A stretch of DNA of 64,000 nucleotides, taken from the human T2T-CHM13v2.0 reference genome, Homo sapiens. Location: NCBI RefSeq assembly GCF_009914755.1, contig NC_060929.1; one strand, written 5' to 3'. Numbering within the stretch: the stretch's first letter is position 1; each line of letters begins with the position of its first letter. A program made the position numbers and the translations under genes. Under the pieces are notes generated by a model. The model did no database searches. It was not told where the DNA came from and worked only from the letters and a program-made list of their open reading frames with translations. Positions 36,660 to 48,934 of the stretch are shown in pieces.

Positions 36660-36862
36660 TTTAGGGCATGGGTACTGGAGCCAAAAGGCCTGAATCTAAA
36701 GCCTGGCTTCCTGTTTTACAAACTGTAATCTCTCTGTTTCCTCCTCTGCAAAATGGGATTAATAATAGCATCTATTTCATGAAGTTATTATAATTCATAC
36801 AAAATGCTTAGAACAGTGCCTGGCACATAGCATGCGCACTGCAGGTGCTAGCTTTTATTGTT
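36660..36862 (+). mobile_element. MIR
   Basis: GTTTCCTCCTCTGCAAAATGGGATTAATAATAG...AATGCTTAGAACAGTGCCTGGCACATAG. Confidence 0.85.
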
Positions 36863-36897
36863 AATTGTATAGTGTCTTTTTAAAAATAACAAAATAG

Positions 36898-37193
36898 GGC
36901 TGGACACAGTGGTTCACACCTGTAATCCCAGCACTTTGGACAGCCGAGGCGGGATGATCACTTGGGACCAGGACTTCAAGACCAGCATGGGCAACGTGGC
37001 AAAACCCTGTCTCTACAAAAAATTAAAAAATAAAATACATTAGCTGGGCATGGCAGTGTGTGCCTATAGTCCTAGCCACTCAGGAGGCTGAGGTGGGAAG
37101 AGCACTTGAGCCTGGGAATTTGAGGCTGTAGCGAGCCTTGGCTGCATACCTGTACTCCAGCCTGGGTGACAGAGTGAGCCTCTACCTCAAAAA
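36898..37193 (+). mobile_element. AluJ
   Basis: Dimeric Alu with J diagnostics (GAGGTGGGAAG...CACTTGAGCCTGGGA...TGAGGCTG). Heavily CpG-decayed. Confidence 0.93.
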
Positions 37194-37444
37194 TATATAC
37201 ATAATCTTTAAAATAATATAATAAAGTAAAAATGTTAAAGATAGAAAGCAAGTTTAAGGGAAAAAATGTTATCTGGCTTTAAATGGTTTTCAGCTGACCC
37301 TGGGCAGCAAACAGAACACTAAGAATAAACGCTCTGAAAGGCGGAAGTCCTAGCATTGTGAGTGTGTGTTCCCATAGTGAGCAACTTCATTTCATAGGAG
37401 TGGAAAAGAAGGCCAGAAGGTCAAAGATTAAAGTATAAAAGCAC

Positions 37445-37685
37445 ACATTGTGGTCAAGAGCTCAGACTCTAGTGAAATCTCTTCTGTCTCTCTTAGTAGC
37501 TGTGAACCCTTGGGAAGGTGAGTTACTTAAGCTCTCTATACCTTAGTTCTGCCATCTGTAAAATGGTGTAACCATAGTACTTACTATATGGAGTAGCTGT
37601 CATGGTTTAAAAAGTAAAGGTGAGGCCCAAACAGAGCCTATCACAAAATGAGTCTTCCATAAATGTGTATCCTTTGTTATTCTTG
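37445..37685 (+). mobile_element. MIR
   Basis: GTGGTCAAGAGC...AGCTGTGAACCCTTGG...CATCTGTAAAATGG. Confidence 0.75.
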
Positions 37686-38504
37686 TGACTACCTTTAAGG
37701 AAACTAGAGACTAGGGAAGCCCCAGGAAAAGAAGGCCTCAAAGGCACAAAGGAATTTGCCCGGTGAGATTGTCCTTGAGGACTTCTCTGTCTCTATCTCT
37801 GCTACACTGCATCAGGGTTAGGAAGAATGATGTTCTGAGAACTTGATCAACTCCTTTAGGATCAATGGGCAAAATCCCAAACTTTTCGTTTAAATGGAGT
37901 TGACCTAAATCTGCTGAATGACAATGTCTTTAGGATCAGCCCCTGGAGCTTTTCAAGTGGCATTGATTGGGCTGCCTGGAAAATCCTCTGACCTAGAGAA
38001 ATCTCCTCCTTAGTGAAGCTGACATAAAACCCCCAGATTGCTCCTTTTCCGTTCAGGAGGAAGAGGGGCAGCTCATCATCGCGAAAGCAGCAGCTCAGAC
38101 TCTGGCTCTCGCATTTAGCTCTGTATCACATCCATCAGGATCCCACACTACAAAGTTGCTCATTTTCTAATCCACAGTGACTGTGGGTTATTTCTTCTTA
38201 AGCTTCTTAATTTGCTGCTTAGAAAATTACTTTGGGTGAAAGCAATTAGTGTTATACATTTTTGAGGAGAAAATTGCAGGCTAGCCCACTCTGACTGCAT
38301 GGGTCAGGGATTTCCTCTGCGTCTCATTTGATCCTTCTTTCTTTTGTTCATAGCTCTGATTCAAACAATCTGGCTCCTTAAAACTCTGAGATGGTAACCT
38401 GGTGCCGTGTTTAAAACTTATGGAAGCAACACTTGGCAAAGGAGAAGAGCTTGGGTGTGAGGAATATAGGTGACAAATAGGATTGGCTTCAATAAGATTT
38501 TCCC

Positions 38505-38616
38505 AGCCAGGTGCAGAGGCTCACATCTGTAATCCCAGCACTTGGGGAGGCTGAGGCACGAGGATTGCTTGAGGCCAGGAGTTTGAGACCAGCCAGGCAA
38601 CATAGTGAGACACGGC
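38505..38616 (+). mobile_element. Alu left monomer (FLAM_C-like)
   Basis: GCTCACATCTGTAATCCCAGCAC...GGATTGCTTGAGGCCAGGAGTTTGAGACCAGCC, then an AT-rich tail with no right arm. Confidence 0.88.
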
Positions 38617-41460
38617 CTTTTATATATATATATAAGATAAAATGTTTAAATAAAAAATTTAAAAAGGAAGGTTTTCTCTTTTCTTATTAATTGGTAAACA
38701 CTGTATGGGTTTTTGTGTGTGTGTGTGTGTATGTGGTGTGGGGCAGGAGGCTGAATAGGGAGTAGGGAGTAGAGACTGACTTAGAAAACTTTCTTTTAAA
38801 ATTTTCCTAGTGATCACAGACTCTCTAATGTCATCTTGATCATTTCTGGAAAAGTCATTGTAGAAATCTCTGCTAGGCCAGTCAAATAAAAATTACTGAT
38901 GGGAAAGAAAGTCAAAAGGGCATAGCGCAAGCTGGAAAAATCAGTCTTAGAAAGAGACAAGCAAGAAGGAGTCTAGAGCCTATAGGGGCCTTTAGCTTTG
39001 GCTTCTCCACTTGTGGAGGTAACAGAACTAGCCAGAGGCTGACTCGGTCTCTCCTGTCTGATCGCAGGCCTGACTACACTGACGGACTGCTTGGCCAAAG
39101 GTCTGACTGTGTGCTTGAACACTCTAGCCATGGAATTAGAGTTGCAGCTAGTGTGTTCAGGGCCCTTCTCTGGCTTTTTCAACCCTCGATTTCATGATTC
39201 CTAGCTCTCATGGTTCACAGGACATAGTCTTCCACCTGAGACATGTTCTCTACCCAGGCCCTGGGTGGACATTCAGATGGCTCCTTTACCTTTCCATGGC
39301 ATGGGATATGGGTCTTTGGATGTCAGAATCATTTTGTCCTTCCTTAGGTGGAAGGCTGGGACCTACTGGGATTGGTCCAGTAGGTCCAAAGCTGCTGATG
39401 GTGGCAGCTTTGATGACAGCTCCGTGTGGAGCCCAGTGAATCTTCCTCCATCACCCTAGTGTGTGATGGTGGGGGCGAGTTCTCTCACTGCCCACAACTC
39501 CTCTCCCTTGTCCCTGCAGCTTGTTTCTGAGAGCTTCGTTGTTTTGTGCCTGGCTCCTGGACTGTGAAAAATCATACCCCTCACAGCCCCAGCGTCTTTC
39601 CCAGAATAGAGAAATAATAATCCAGGCCGAATGTACACTCCTGAGATTCAGTCCCTAGAGCTTTGTTCTTTTAGGAGTACAGTGTTTATTAGAGGAGAGA
39701 GGGTAAAAGTGTCATTTATCTCCACATATGTGGGAATGTTATTGAATTGTCATCAACAAGTAGTCCAGCCCTCATGAATGGAACAATCTTTTCTCCCCTG
39801 ATGGATGATGGCGTTTCTGGAAATCAGTCAGACCTTTATGCTAACAGGGCCTGCGTCTGGATTCTATAAGGTGGAGGGTAGTTTACTCAGTGGAGTCCTT
39901 CAGTCCTACAATTACGTCCTCCCCATAGACCCACCCTCCCGTCAACTTTTTCACTCATAAATCCAACACTGCTTTGTCTGAAATATGGCAGATTTGCTTT
40001 CATTTTTATTTGAATTTGAAGTGGGAGGTTGGAAGGGTAAGGTCTGGGCTCCAAGAGTAAGCATAAGTTATAATTATATTTCTTCACATTGTGCCTTTGA
40101 TTATGTTTTGATTTGATGGATTGCATATCCCCTACTGTACACACCAGGATCCTTCTGACAAAACTAAATAGATGTATTTTCATTAACCTACCCAGTGACT
40201 TTCCAGAAATACCTTTTCAGAAGTTTCTCCAGTGTTTCATGACAGAGTCTGTTTCTAAAATCTTAACTCAAAGCCACAAAATTACTAGTATGAAATACTC
40301 TCTAGAGACCTTGGGACACTTCTCTTCTAACGTAGGGCCTATTAAGGACCCCGGTGTGACCATTTTGATTGAACCAATTATTTGCTTTATTTAAATACCA
40401 GGACAGACTGAAGCTTGCCTTCCTGAAGTGATTTCTCCTTTGACTAAATGGGAGAACACTGAATCAACAAATTATTTGAGCTTGTATAGTGGTGACCTCT
40501 GGGGCATAGTATCTGAATTCAGCAACCAAATCCTTGTTATGTGACCACAGAAAAAATCATTCTGTCTCAGTTTTCATGACTGTTAAGGATAAGCTGAGAG
40601 TTCCATTTAAGCCCGCAAATTGCCAGTCAACATTCATAACTGGTAGGCTGGGATAACTATTATTAAGTAGTACTCAACAATATTAATAATGATAACAACT
40701 ATCATTTCCAGCATTCATTTGCCTTGAGTTGGTAAGCATGGAAGGAATGTTTTGTTTTAGGGGCTAAAGAGGAGGATGAAAGTCGGGGGTGGTTGCACAT
40801 TTATTTGGATTTTTTAATGCCTAATGCCCGCATCCCTGAGAAAGTATAAAGAGACATTTTGTATGAAGCAGAGACTGTTATCTGTTCCCTATTCCACATC
40901 TTAAGCTAGTCTCGAGTTCACTAAAAAGTTAGGTTTGAATAGCAATTAGAGAAGTTGAATTTTTTAGAAACTTTGTGAGACTCTGGACAAAAACAGTGCT
41001 ACTTTTAGGCCTGGAGACTTTGAGTTGAGACAAAAGACAGTTTCCCCATTGTTATGTGGAAATTAGCTCCCCCTGACACCTCCAAAGTTGCCAGCAACAT
41101 TGAAGACAGGAAGGCTAGACTGTGCAATGAACATGGGCATTCTCCCACAGCACTGTGGAGTCAATGGTAGGACAGCGGGCTAAGGTGTAGCGAGAAAGAG
41201 AGGGAGTCCACGGCTTGGACTGAAGGGAAGGAGTGTGACTCACACGCTGCTCCCAAGCCAATGGGAGATCCTCTTTAGAAGCAGTAGGAAATATCTTGAA
41301 GGAAGGCACTTAAGGTGGCTGAGCAAGGTGGGAAAATCGGAGACTTTTCATGAGTGAGTGTGAAGAAGAAATTCAGGATTATTGATGTCATTGTGATTTC
41401 ACTTGTATCTGCAGAAAATAAGAAATAAAAATTGCTTTAAATACTTAAAAAATAAAAATA

Positions 41461-41719
41461 ATCATGAATGTGTGTGTCTCTATTCTGGATTCCCTTGTGT
41501 TCTATTTTTTATATGTTTAGATTTATGCCAATACCTCACCATGTAGTTTATTATAGGTAAGTAAGTCTAAATATCAGGTCAAATAAAACCTCAAAAATTG
41601 TTGGTTTTTCCCCCCACAATTGTTTAGACTATTCTAGTTCCCTTGCATTTCCATATAAATTTTTAAAAAGCTAGCCAATTTATAAAATAGAAAAAGTGCC
41701 TGATGGGATTTGGATTGAA
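41461..41719 (-). mobile_element. old L1 ORF2 segment, inverted
   Basis: Antisense L1: CTATTCTAGTTCCCTTGCATTTCCATATAAATTTT, TGATGGGATTTGGATTGAA. Confidence 0.8.
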
Positions 41720-42490
41720 TTTGACAAAGGTGCCAAAGTAACTCAATGAACAAAGCACCATCTTTGCAACAAGTGTTGCTGAAAAAATTGAATAGACTTA
41801 CACAAGAGAAAAATAAAAACCCTCCATTCTTACCTTATCATATACAAAAATTAACTTGAAATGGATTATAAGAAGAAAACATAGGAGAATGTCTTTGCAG
41901 CCTTGGGTTAGGGGAATAATTCTTAAGACATAAAAAGCAGAAACCATAAAAGAACTAATCAATAATTGTACTTTATCAAAATAAAAACTTTTACTCTAAG
42001 ACACTAGAGAAAATGAAAAGGCAAGCTACAGACTGTCGGAAAATATTTGTAAACCATGTATCTGATAAAAAAAACTCTTAGAACTAAATAATAAGACAAC
42101 AAACAACGCAATAAAATAAAATAAATAGTAAGTTGGACATTAATCCCAAATAAGACCTAGGAACAGCAAAAGAGTGCATGCAAAGATGCTCAATATCATT
42201 AGTCATTAAAATAATGCAAATTGAAACTATGGTAAGCTACTACTACACATCCACTAGAATGGCTAACACTAAAGACTAACAAGACCAAATGTTGTGGAGG
42301 ATGTAGGGCAACTAGAATTGTCATATATCACTGTTAGGAATGCAAAATGATAGTGCTACTTTGGAAAACAATTTGACAGTTTATTATAATGTTAAATATA
42401 CATGTACGTGTAACTCAGAAATCCTATTTCTAGGTATTCACCAAAGGGAAGTGAAAATATGTATCTATACAAAGACATATAACAATTATT
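41720..42490 (+). mobile_element. old L1 (L1MD/ME-like) ORF2 3' region
   Basis: TTTGACAAAGGTGCCAA...AGAAGAAAACATAGGAGAA...AAAGATGCTCAATATCATTAGTCATT...CTACTTTGGAAAACAATTTG. Confidence 0.85.
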
Positions 42491-42735
42491 TTCCACTGTA
42501 ATTATGATATCTTCCTAATACTTGGTTTGCCATTTTTTAAAAGCTAACATTTCTCTATAAATAATTTCCTTTTTAATATTTTGAGTGACTGAATATCTTG
42601 GTTCTTTCTCTCCTTTACTTGAAACTTAGAACACATAAACTAGAACTCTTTTATCAACCTTATCATGGACTCTTAAAAGGATGTTATGATTTTTGATGGA
42701 ATAGAAAAAGGACTTCAGACCCAAACTGGTACATA

Positions 42736-42812
42736 TTAAGCTGGTGCAATAGTAATTGCAGTTTGCCATTACTTTAATGGCAAAGACCGCAATTACTTTT
42801 GCACCAACCTAA
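42736..42812. mobile_element. MADE1 (Hsmar1-derived MITE), full length
   Basis: Palindromic TTAAGCTGGTGCAATAGTAATTGCAGTTTGCCATT...AATGGCAAAGACCGCAATTACTTTTGCACCAACCTAA with TA target duplication on both sides (42734-35, 42813-14). Confidence 0.95.
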
Positions 42813-42864
42813 TATTATTGTTATGTGTATATCCGGCCACCTGAAAAGGTTCTAGGTTTTTAGA

Positions 42865-42867
<3 letters not shown>

Positions 42868-42924
<57 letters not shown>
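42868..42924. repeat. (TG)28 microsatellite
   Basis: Uninterrupted TG run. Confidence 0.98.
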
Positions 42925-42925
<1 letters not shown>

Positions 42926-45289
42926 GCTACCTCTGGAACTCCTCAAAATCTTAATGGAGCAATTATAAGTGTCATTTCCTTTAACTTTTTCCTTCAGGTT
43001 ACTTTTACATGTAGGCTGTCTTTACGTGTCTAAATATTTAACCGCATGAATGGAGCCTTCTTCTAGTTTTTTTCTTGAGGGTTGGATTCTGTGTAGGTAC
43101 AGATCTTGACCCCTGACATCTTTATGCACAAAGAACAATAGTCAAATCAGCAGTCATTACTCTTTGGTTTAAGAGGAGGTCAGCCAGGACAATGAGCTGA
43201 AAGTCAAGGTAACAAAAGAACTGAGGGCTGCACTGGGTCCTCTTCACAAATGAGTGAACTTGATTCTTGCTTATTGGGATGTGAGGAATCTGGGGCTATT
43301 TCAGGAATGTTAGCAATTTTGCCCTAAAGCAACTTTGATCTTGTTGCTCCTCCCCTTGCTTGGTCATTAACTGGGAACATGGAGACCAGCTCCACTCTTT
43401 GACTTCTCAAAGAGTCACTGCTTACTGCATAAATACATCTCCTCTTACTGTACTCTTTTCCTGGAAGAAAAAATACCAATCCTCTCCCCTGAGAGGGGCT
43501 TCAACTTCTCGTTTTCAAAACTATTTACCCCAGCTGATGCCCTAACTAAAAAAGCATGCCTTTGAAACTGGTAAGCAAAGGCCAGGGAAGGAAAATGAGA
43601 ATCTGCCAGCCACAACTTCCTCAAGTAAGAATTCCCTTCTGTCTTCTCCAACCCATCCTCAAATCCCACCAGAGATGGGGTTTCCAGCGGCTTTAGGAAA
43701 TTCCTCAAAAACAGGGGAGGGGGAAATTATGTACAACTTCCACTGTATCTAGCCACAAGAAGGTGGTCTGTTACCCACCCTTTCTTTCCCTTTAGGCTTT
43801 TAACTGTTAGCAGTGGCAATTAATATAAATTAGCCAATGACATTGTATGCTTCATTCTTCTGGAAACAGCTAGTTTGTTAGTGGTTAGGCCTACTTACCT
43901 CCCAGAGAAATCTGTGGGCGTTCTTTATATGAAGAAACTCTCCAAAATCCTCATGTTTCCACATAAGTGAGGATCAAAGTAAGAATTCCATTGTCTCCTG
44001 TTAAATTCTGTTCCTCAGACTATAGCCTGAGTAGAGTCATCTTTCATTCAAATTCTCCCCACACATTTCTGAGGTTTAGGGGCTGTCATCTACAAGATTT
44101 AGAGATTTGCATGCATTTTATCGTGTTTTCAAAAATTAAGAGGCAAATTCCCTCAGAGCAATTACCAAGACTTGTGTAAGAGTCCCTCACCTTAGGAAAA
44201 GAAATCACCAGCACACTTGTTCAAACAAAACCCACGCCAGTTTTCTTTATTTTATAATCTTATAAAAATGTTTTACTTACACCATGGGATTCCGAACATG
44301 TTTATGAACATTTTCCAAATGTTTTGAAGTCCAGGGTTGGGAGCCCAGTAATTGTCAATGGATGAGTTAGAGGGTATGTTTGCACCGGCGGCTTTTGTCT
44401 TTCCCTCCCACTCACCGGGACTGTCTCTCACAGACTCACGGTGACCTTGGCTAGTTTTGGAGACCTGCTTTGATTTATGAAGTTCTCACAGGGCAATGTT
44501 TTCAAATAAGTTGTTTGTGTGGCCATCAGCCTAGTGGTTTCCAGAGTGCTTTCCCACTTGCTCTCTCTTTGAGTCCCACAATAACAAAAGAGGATAGGCC
44601 TTTGGCACCAAGCTTGAGAGACCTGGGTTGTTCTATATAAGTTCAATTTTCTAGCTAATAGAAATTTATCTTATATACTATCCAATTGATAAATAAAAAT
44701 TTATTGAGGAATTCCTAACTGTTCACAGTTAGTATTCAGTAAAGCACTTTTAAATTTAAAAATAAAGGAATACTAGGCAAGACTGATTTATCTTTTGATG
44801 ATTCAAAAAGTACCTCAGGATTCTGCAGCATTTCAGGCTCATTTTGCTGAAACTCCATTATCCCTGTTGTTGGCATTCAGTGCTAGGTTATGTTAGATTA
44901 TCCTGAAAGTTATTTCATACACATATTTATGTAGCACAACGTAGCATTCAGAATTGCAGCAGGCCCCTAACTAATGAAAATGTATGCTTGCAAGACAGAT
45001 GCATATGGCAGTAATTATTCAATTTACAAAGCATTCACCTTTAGAATTCCTTTGCATGGCATTTAGATTTCCAACTACACCTATAGCTTTATGAACATAC
45101 TTCTGGTTCACGGAGTTCCTTTTGTCTCCCTCCAGCATAACCACACACTCACACATGCATATCCCTATACAGATACTCTAATTTGTCTGACGAACTTCCC
45201 TCCCAAGTAGTAGTCCCTAAGAATAAGATGAAAAAGAATCTCGTTGCTCTCCCATGGCCATTCTGCCTTCCTCCTAGAGTCAATATGCT

Positions 45290-45460
45290 GCAGTGAGGTC
45301 TTCTAGATCACCTAGTCTGATCTCATTTTCTAGATGAGAACCCATGGCCCAGAGAAGTTAAAGCACTTAGCTGAAGTCACAGAGTTTGTTAGTGGCAGAG
45401 CTGGGACTAGAAACCAAGCCATGAGCCTCACATCACAGCGTCTGCTCTTCCCACTAAATT
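45290..45460 (-). mobile_element. MIR
   Basis: CTCATTTTCTAGATGAGAA...GGCCCAGAGAAGTTAAAGCACTTAGCTGAAGTCACAGAG...AGTGGCAGAGCTGGGACTAGAA. Confidence 0.85.
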
Positions 45461-47689
45461 CTCTTCCCACAACTCCCTTGGAAAGATACGCCTCTTTTTC
45501 CAGAGACCTACTCAGACAACAACTTTGCAGTCTGCCTGAGAAACTCATTTTCCACATTTAATCACGTACACTCTCACTGAAGCTGATTTAATCTGATCGG
45601 AATTGTCCATGGTATAGAAAAAAGGTCACATCCAGATGGAGATGGGTGGAGGTGGTCACCATTTAATACAACATACTGTTTCTACCCAAAATGGTTATAC
45701 TAACCTAACCCTCTATAATTTTTTTTTAACCAAGACTGAGTATTCTAAATTCCTTAGCGTTGTCTCAAACCCCTGTGTTTTATTCTTTAATTATTTTGAT
45801 GGACTTCTCCAAAGCCATCCTATTTTAGCATCCATTCTTCCCATTCCTCTTGATTCAATGGTGCAGCTCAGTTGAAATGCAGGGTTGTACACAGGCCCTG
45901 CTCAGAGCTGTCCATTGCAGAAAGGTAGCACAGGCTTATTACCAATTTTAGTTCTTTCATTTTACAAAATTTTAGCACTTTCCTTTGATTAGAATAAAAT
46001 TCCCACAAGATTAAATCATTTCTTCTTGTAGGCCTGTGAACTAAAGCAGCTATCTCTTTGGGGCTGTGAATGGAAGCATACAATTTTCATCATTACAACT
46101 ATTGTTGCAACAGACTTTATTTTTAAACTACTTAATATATGACTTTTTAGAGGCCTGATCTGCCTTTTCTTTGAGGTGGAAATATTTGTCACAATCTTGT
46201 TCTGCTGCCCAATAAATCAAAATGTTGAGCCTCTTGTAATAAAAATAGTTGCTTTGATGTATAACCTTAAATGTCTAATTTCCTACCAGCAATAATGAGG
46301 CTTTCTCCAGCCATTCTGGGGGAACTGGGTTTCCTTTTTTCTGTCCTTTTGTTTTTCTAACATGTGGGCTGTCTAATGACAGGATTTTGTATTCCAGATG
46401 TTTTGGCGAGAGAAAGCAGTAAGCGACGGTACACATCTCAGGCCTTCATACCACCCAAGTGGCTGTTACATCACTGGCCAATGTGAGCCTATCCAGACTA
46501 TCTCTGCCCGCCCCCCTCCCCCACCCACACTTTATTTAATGTTGCTAACCCTTTAGACATCAACACAAAATCACAGAAATTCTTTTATGCAGCTATTACT
46601 ACACAGACATCCAAAGAGCAGGGAAAGAATCTAAAACCACACAGAAGTTAAAACCCATGTGGTTTTAATAAGAAGAAAAGAAAGAGATGGTTTAATTAAG
46701 TAATAAGACTAGACTCCCTGGTGGTTAATAAGGTAATTTGCCACATGATTAAAGGTATGTATATGCAAGTTGAATTTCTGCGGTAACATTATTGCTCAAA
46801 TGGAGGCTCTTTGGAAACTGGGATTGTTAGTCACTTAAATACTATAATCTTTTGAAGCAATAGAAGGGGAACAACAAAGAGTCACTTTTGAGATTCTTTC
46901 ATCATTATCTCAATGTTTCTTAAAAAACAGAGGACGTTATGCAAGACTACAATCTAGCAGCGACACTGTCAGATTTCAGAGTGGATGTCTCCCCTCTGTG
47001 TTCTCGGCTCTGGGACTGCAGAGGCACCATGAGGCTCTTGGAAAAGAGAGACCAGGTCCTGCTCTGATCATTCTCTGGAATGGATGAACAGGTGCTTAAG
47101 GTTGGATCAACTAAAGCCTCCAAGACCCCAGTTCATTTAAAAAATGTTGCCATTGATTTATTTTCCAACTCTCTTCTTGCTTCTGTCTCTCTTCCCTGTG
47201 CATCACGTTGGCATGCCTCCATTGCTTCTTGAAATCTTTGCCCTCCTTGGGGAATTCTTCTTAGCTTTGCTATATATTCAGGTGACAGGACCTGATGCAG
47301 ACCACCAGAAGCCCCTGCTGCTGGGTAAACAGTGAAGGCTGCACAGCTGCTGGGGGTGACAGGGGCATCTTGTTCCAAAGCACTCCACCAGATGCCTGTG
47401 TGCTGAGAAGCTGAACTGTCTTATCTGGATTCCAGGCTCCCGCCTGCTCCTATCTGTGTGACCCTAAGGAACCTCACTTCTTTTTATTTGTTGAATGAAA
47501 ATAATGATATCCTGTCCACTTCATGCAGCTGTAGATGCTACAGTTCAAAATGCTCTACACACTTGTTAAGGTGCTCTATGAACATAGCAGGTTACTGTCA
47601 TTACCTCTCTCCTCAAGACCCTCCAAATGTTCCCAGAGGACTTGTCTTGGGGCAAAAACATTCCTGCCAGTTCTAATGGTTTATAATTC

Positions 47690-48400
47690 ATCTCTCATTC
47701 TTCTATTCATTTACTTGTTCAGCAAGTACCTATTGAGCTCAGGCTACTACAGTCAACAGGAAGGCAAAATCCCTGCCCTCATGAAGCTTATGTTCTAGGG
47801 GAATGACAGACAATAAATAAGAAAACAAATAGGATAATTAGAAAGTATAATAAACATGATGGAGAAAATTAATAGACTGATATAACAGGGAGTCAATGAA
47901 GTGGGAGCTGCTTTAGAAAAGGATCAAGGAAGGCCACCTGGATATGGGGCATTTCAACTGCAACACAATGGATAAGAAAGAGAACCAGCTGCACAAAGAG
48001 CAGTAAGAGCTCCCTTCCAAGGAGAGGGGTGAGGCCTTGATGCATGGAACAGCTTAGATGGTGAAGGAACAGAAAAGCAGCCAGTGTACCTGAGGAAAAT
48101 TGAGGCCAGGGAAATGGGCAGGGGCCAGGACATGCAGAATCCTGCAGGCCATAGCACCAAGTTTACATTTTACTCCAAGTGCAAGGGGAGCTATTAAAGG
48201 TGCTAAGTAGGCAATCAGATGTACATTATTAGAATACTACGTGGGCTGCTCTATGAAGCATGGATTTTAAGGGGAAAAGATGGAAAAATGAGGACCAAGA
48301 AGAAAATATTGAAGTAATCCACATGGGCGATGAAAGTGATTTGGGCAAGGAAGATGGTGATGGATAAAGAAAGGAGTGGGAAAGTAAAAATATAGTTTGG
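47690..48400 (-). mobile_element. L2a 3' end
   Basis: (ATTC)n-like tail, CAGCAAGTACCTATTGAGC, CCCTGCCCTCATGAAGCTTA, TTTACTCCAAGTGCAAGGGG. Confidence 0.85.
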
Positions 48401-48934
48401 AGGCAGAGCTCAGATAAGGGTCTGGGTATACACGGTATACACATTATTCAGAAAGACCAGACCATGAGCACAGAAGGCCAAACCGGATGGAAAAGGAGGA
48501 AATTCCAAAGAAGGAGCCTTTCTGTTTTGTGGCCTATACCTCTCTAGGGAAACTGTGTTTTTAGAGCTCTCAATTAGCCTACTCCATGTCTTTTGATGCA
48601 TAGGGAAAGGGGACATCTCTGAATAAACCATGTCCTGGCCACATATGGCTAGGTAAATGAAAATCAATATAGTGATTCCCTTGAAAGGACACGGGAAACC
48701 AAGATGTGTTTCAGGCACAAGATCATCTTGTTTCAGGCTGACCCACAGACGCCTCAGTTCAATTAGTGTAGTCTCCATCTAGCCAGAACTTAGACATCTT
48801 AAAGCCACTTGGGCTTTTTCTGGATACCATAAAATCAAACAAGTATACCAGGAAAAACATGAAAATTGCAGCACTCTGTGTTCTCCCACTCACTCTCACT
48901 CTCGCTCTCTCACTCTCTTCTCACTCTCTCTCCT

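Noticed and set aside
38973-39640. Cluster of short ORFs and acceptor-like sites in non-repeat-looking sequence
   Set aside because: No consistent frame or matching donor, and no recognisable protein or pseudogene.
47133-47378. Minus-strand ORF with a helical-looking charged segment
   Set aside because: TTG start, weak splice context and no recognised homology.
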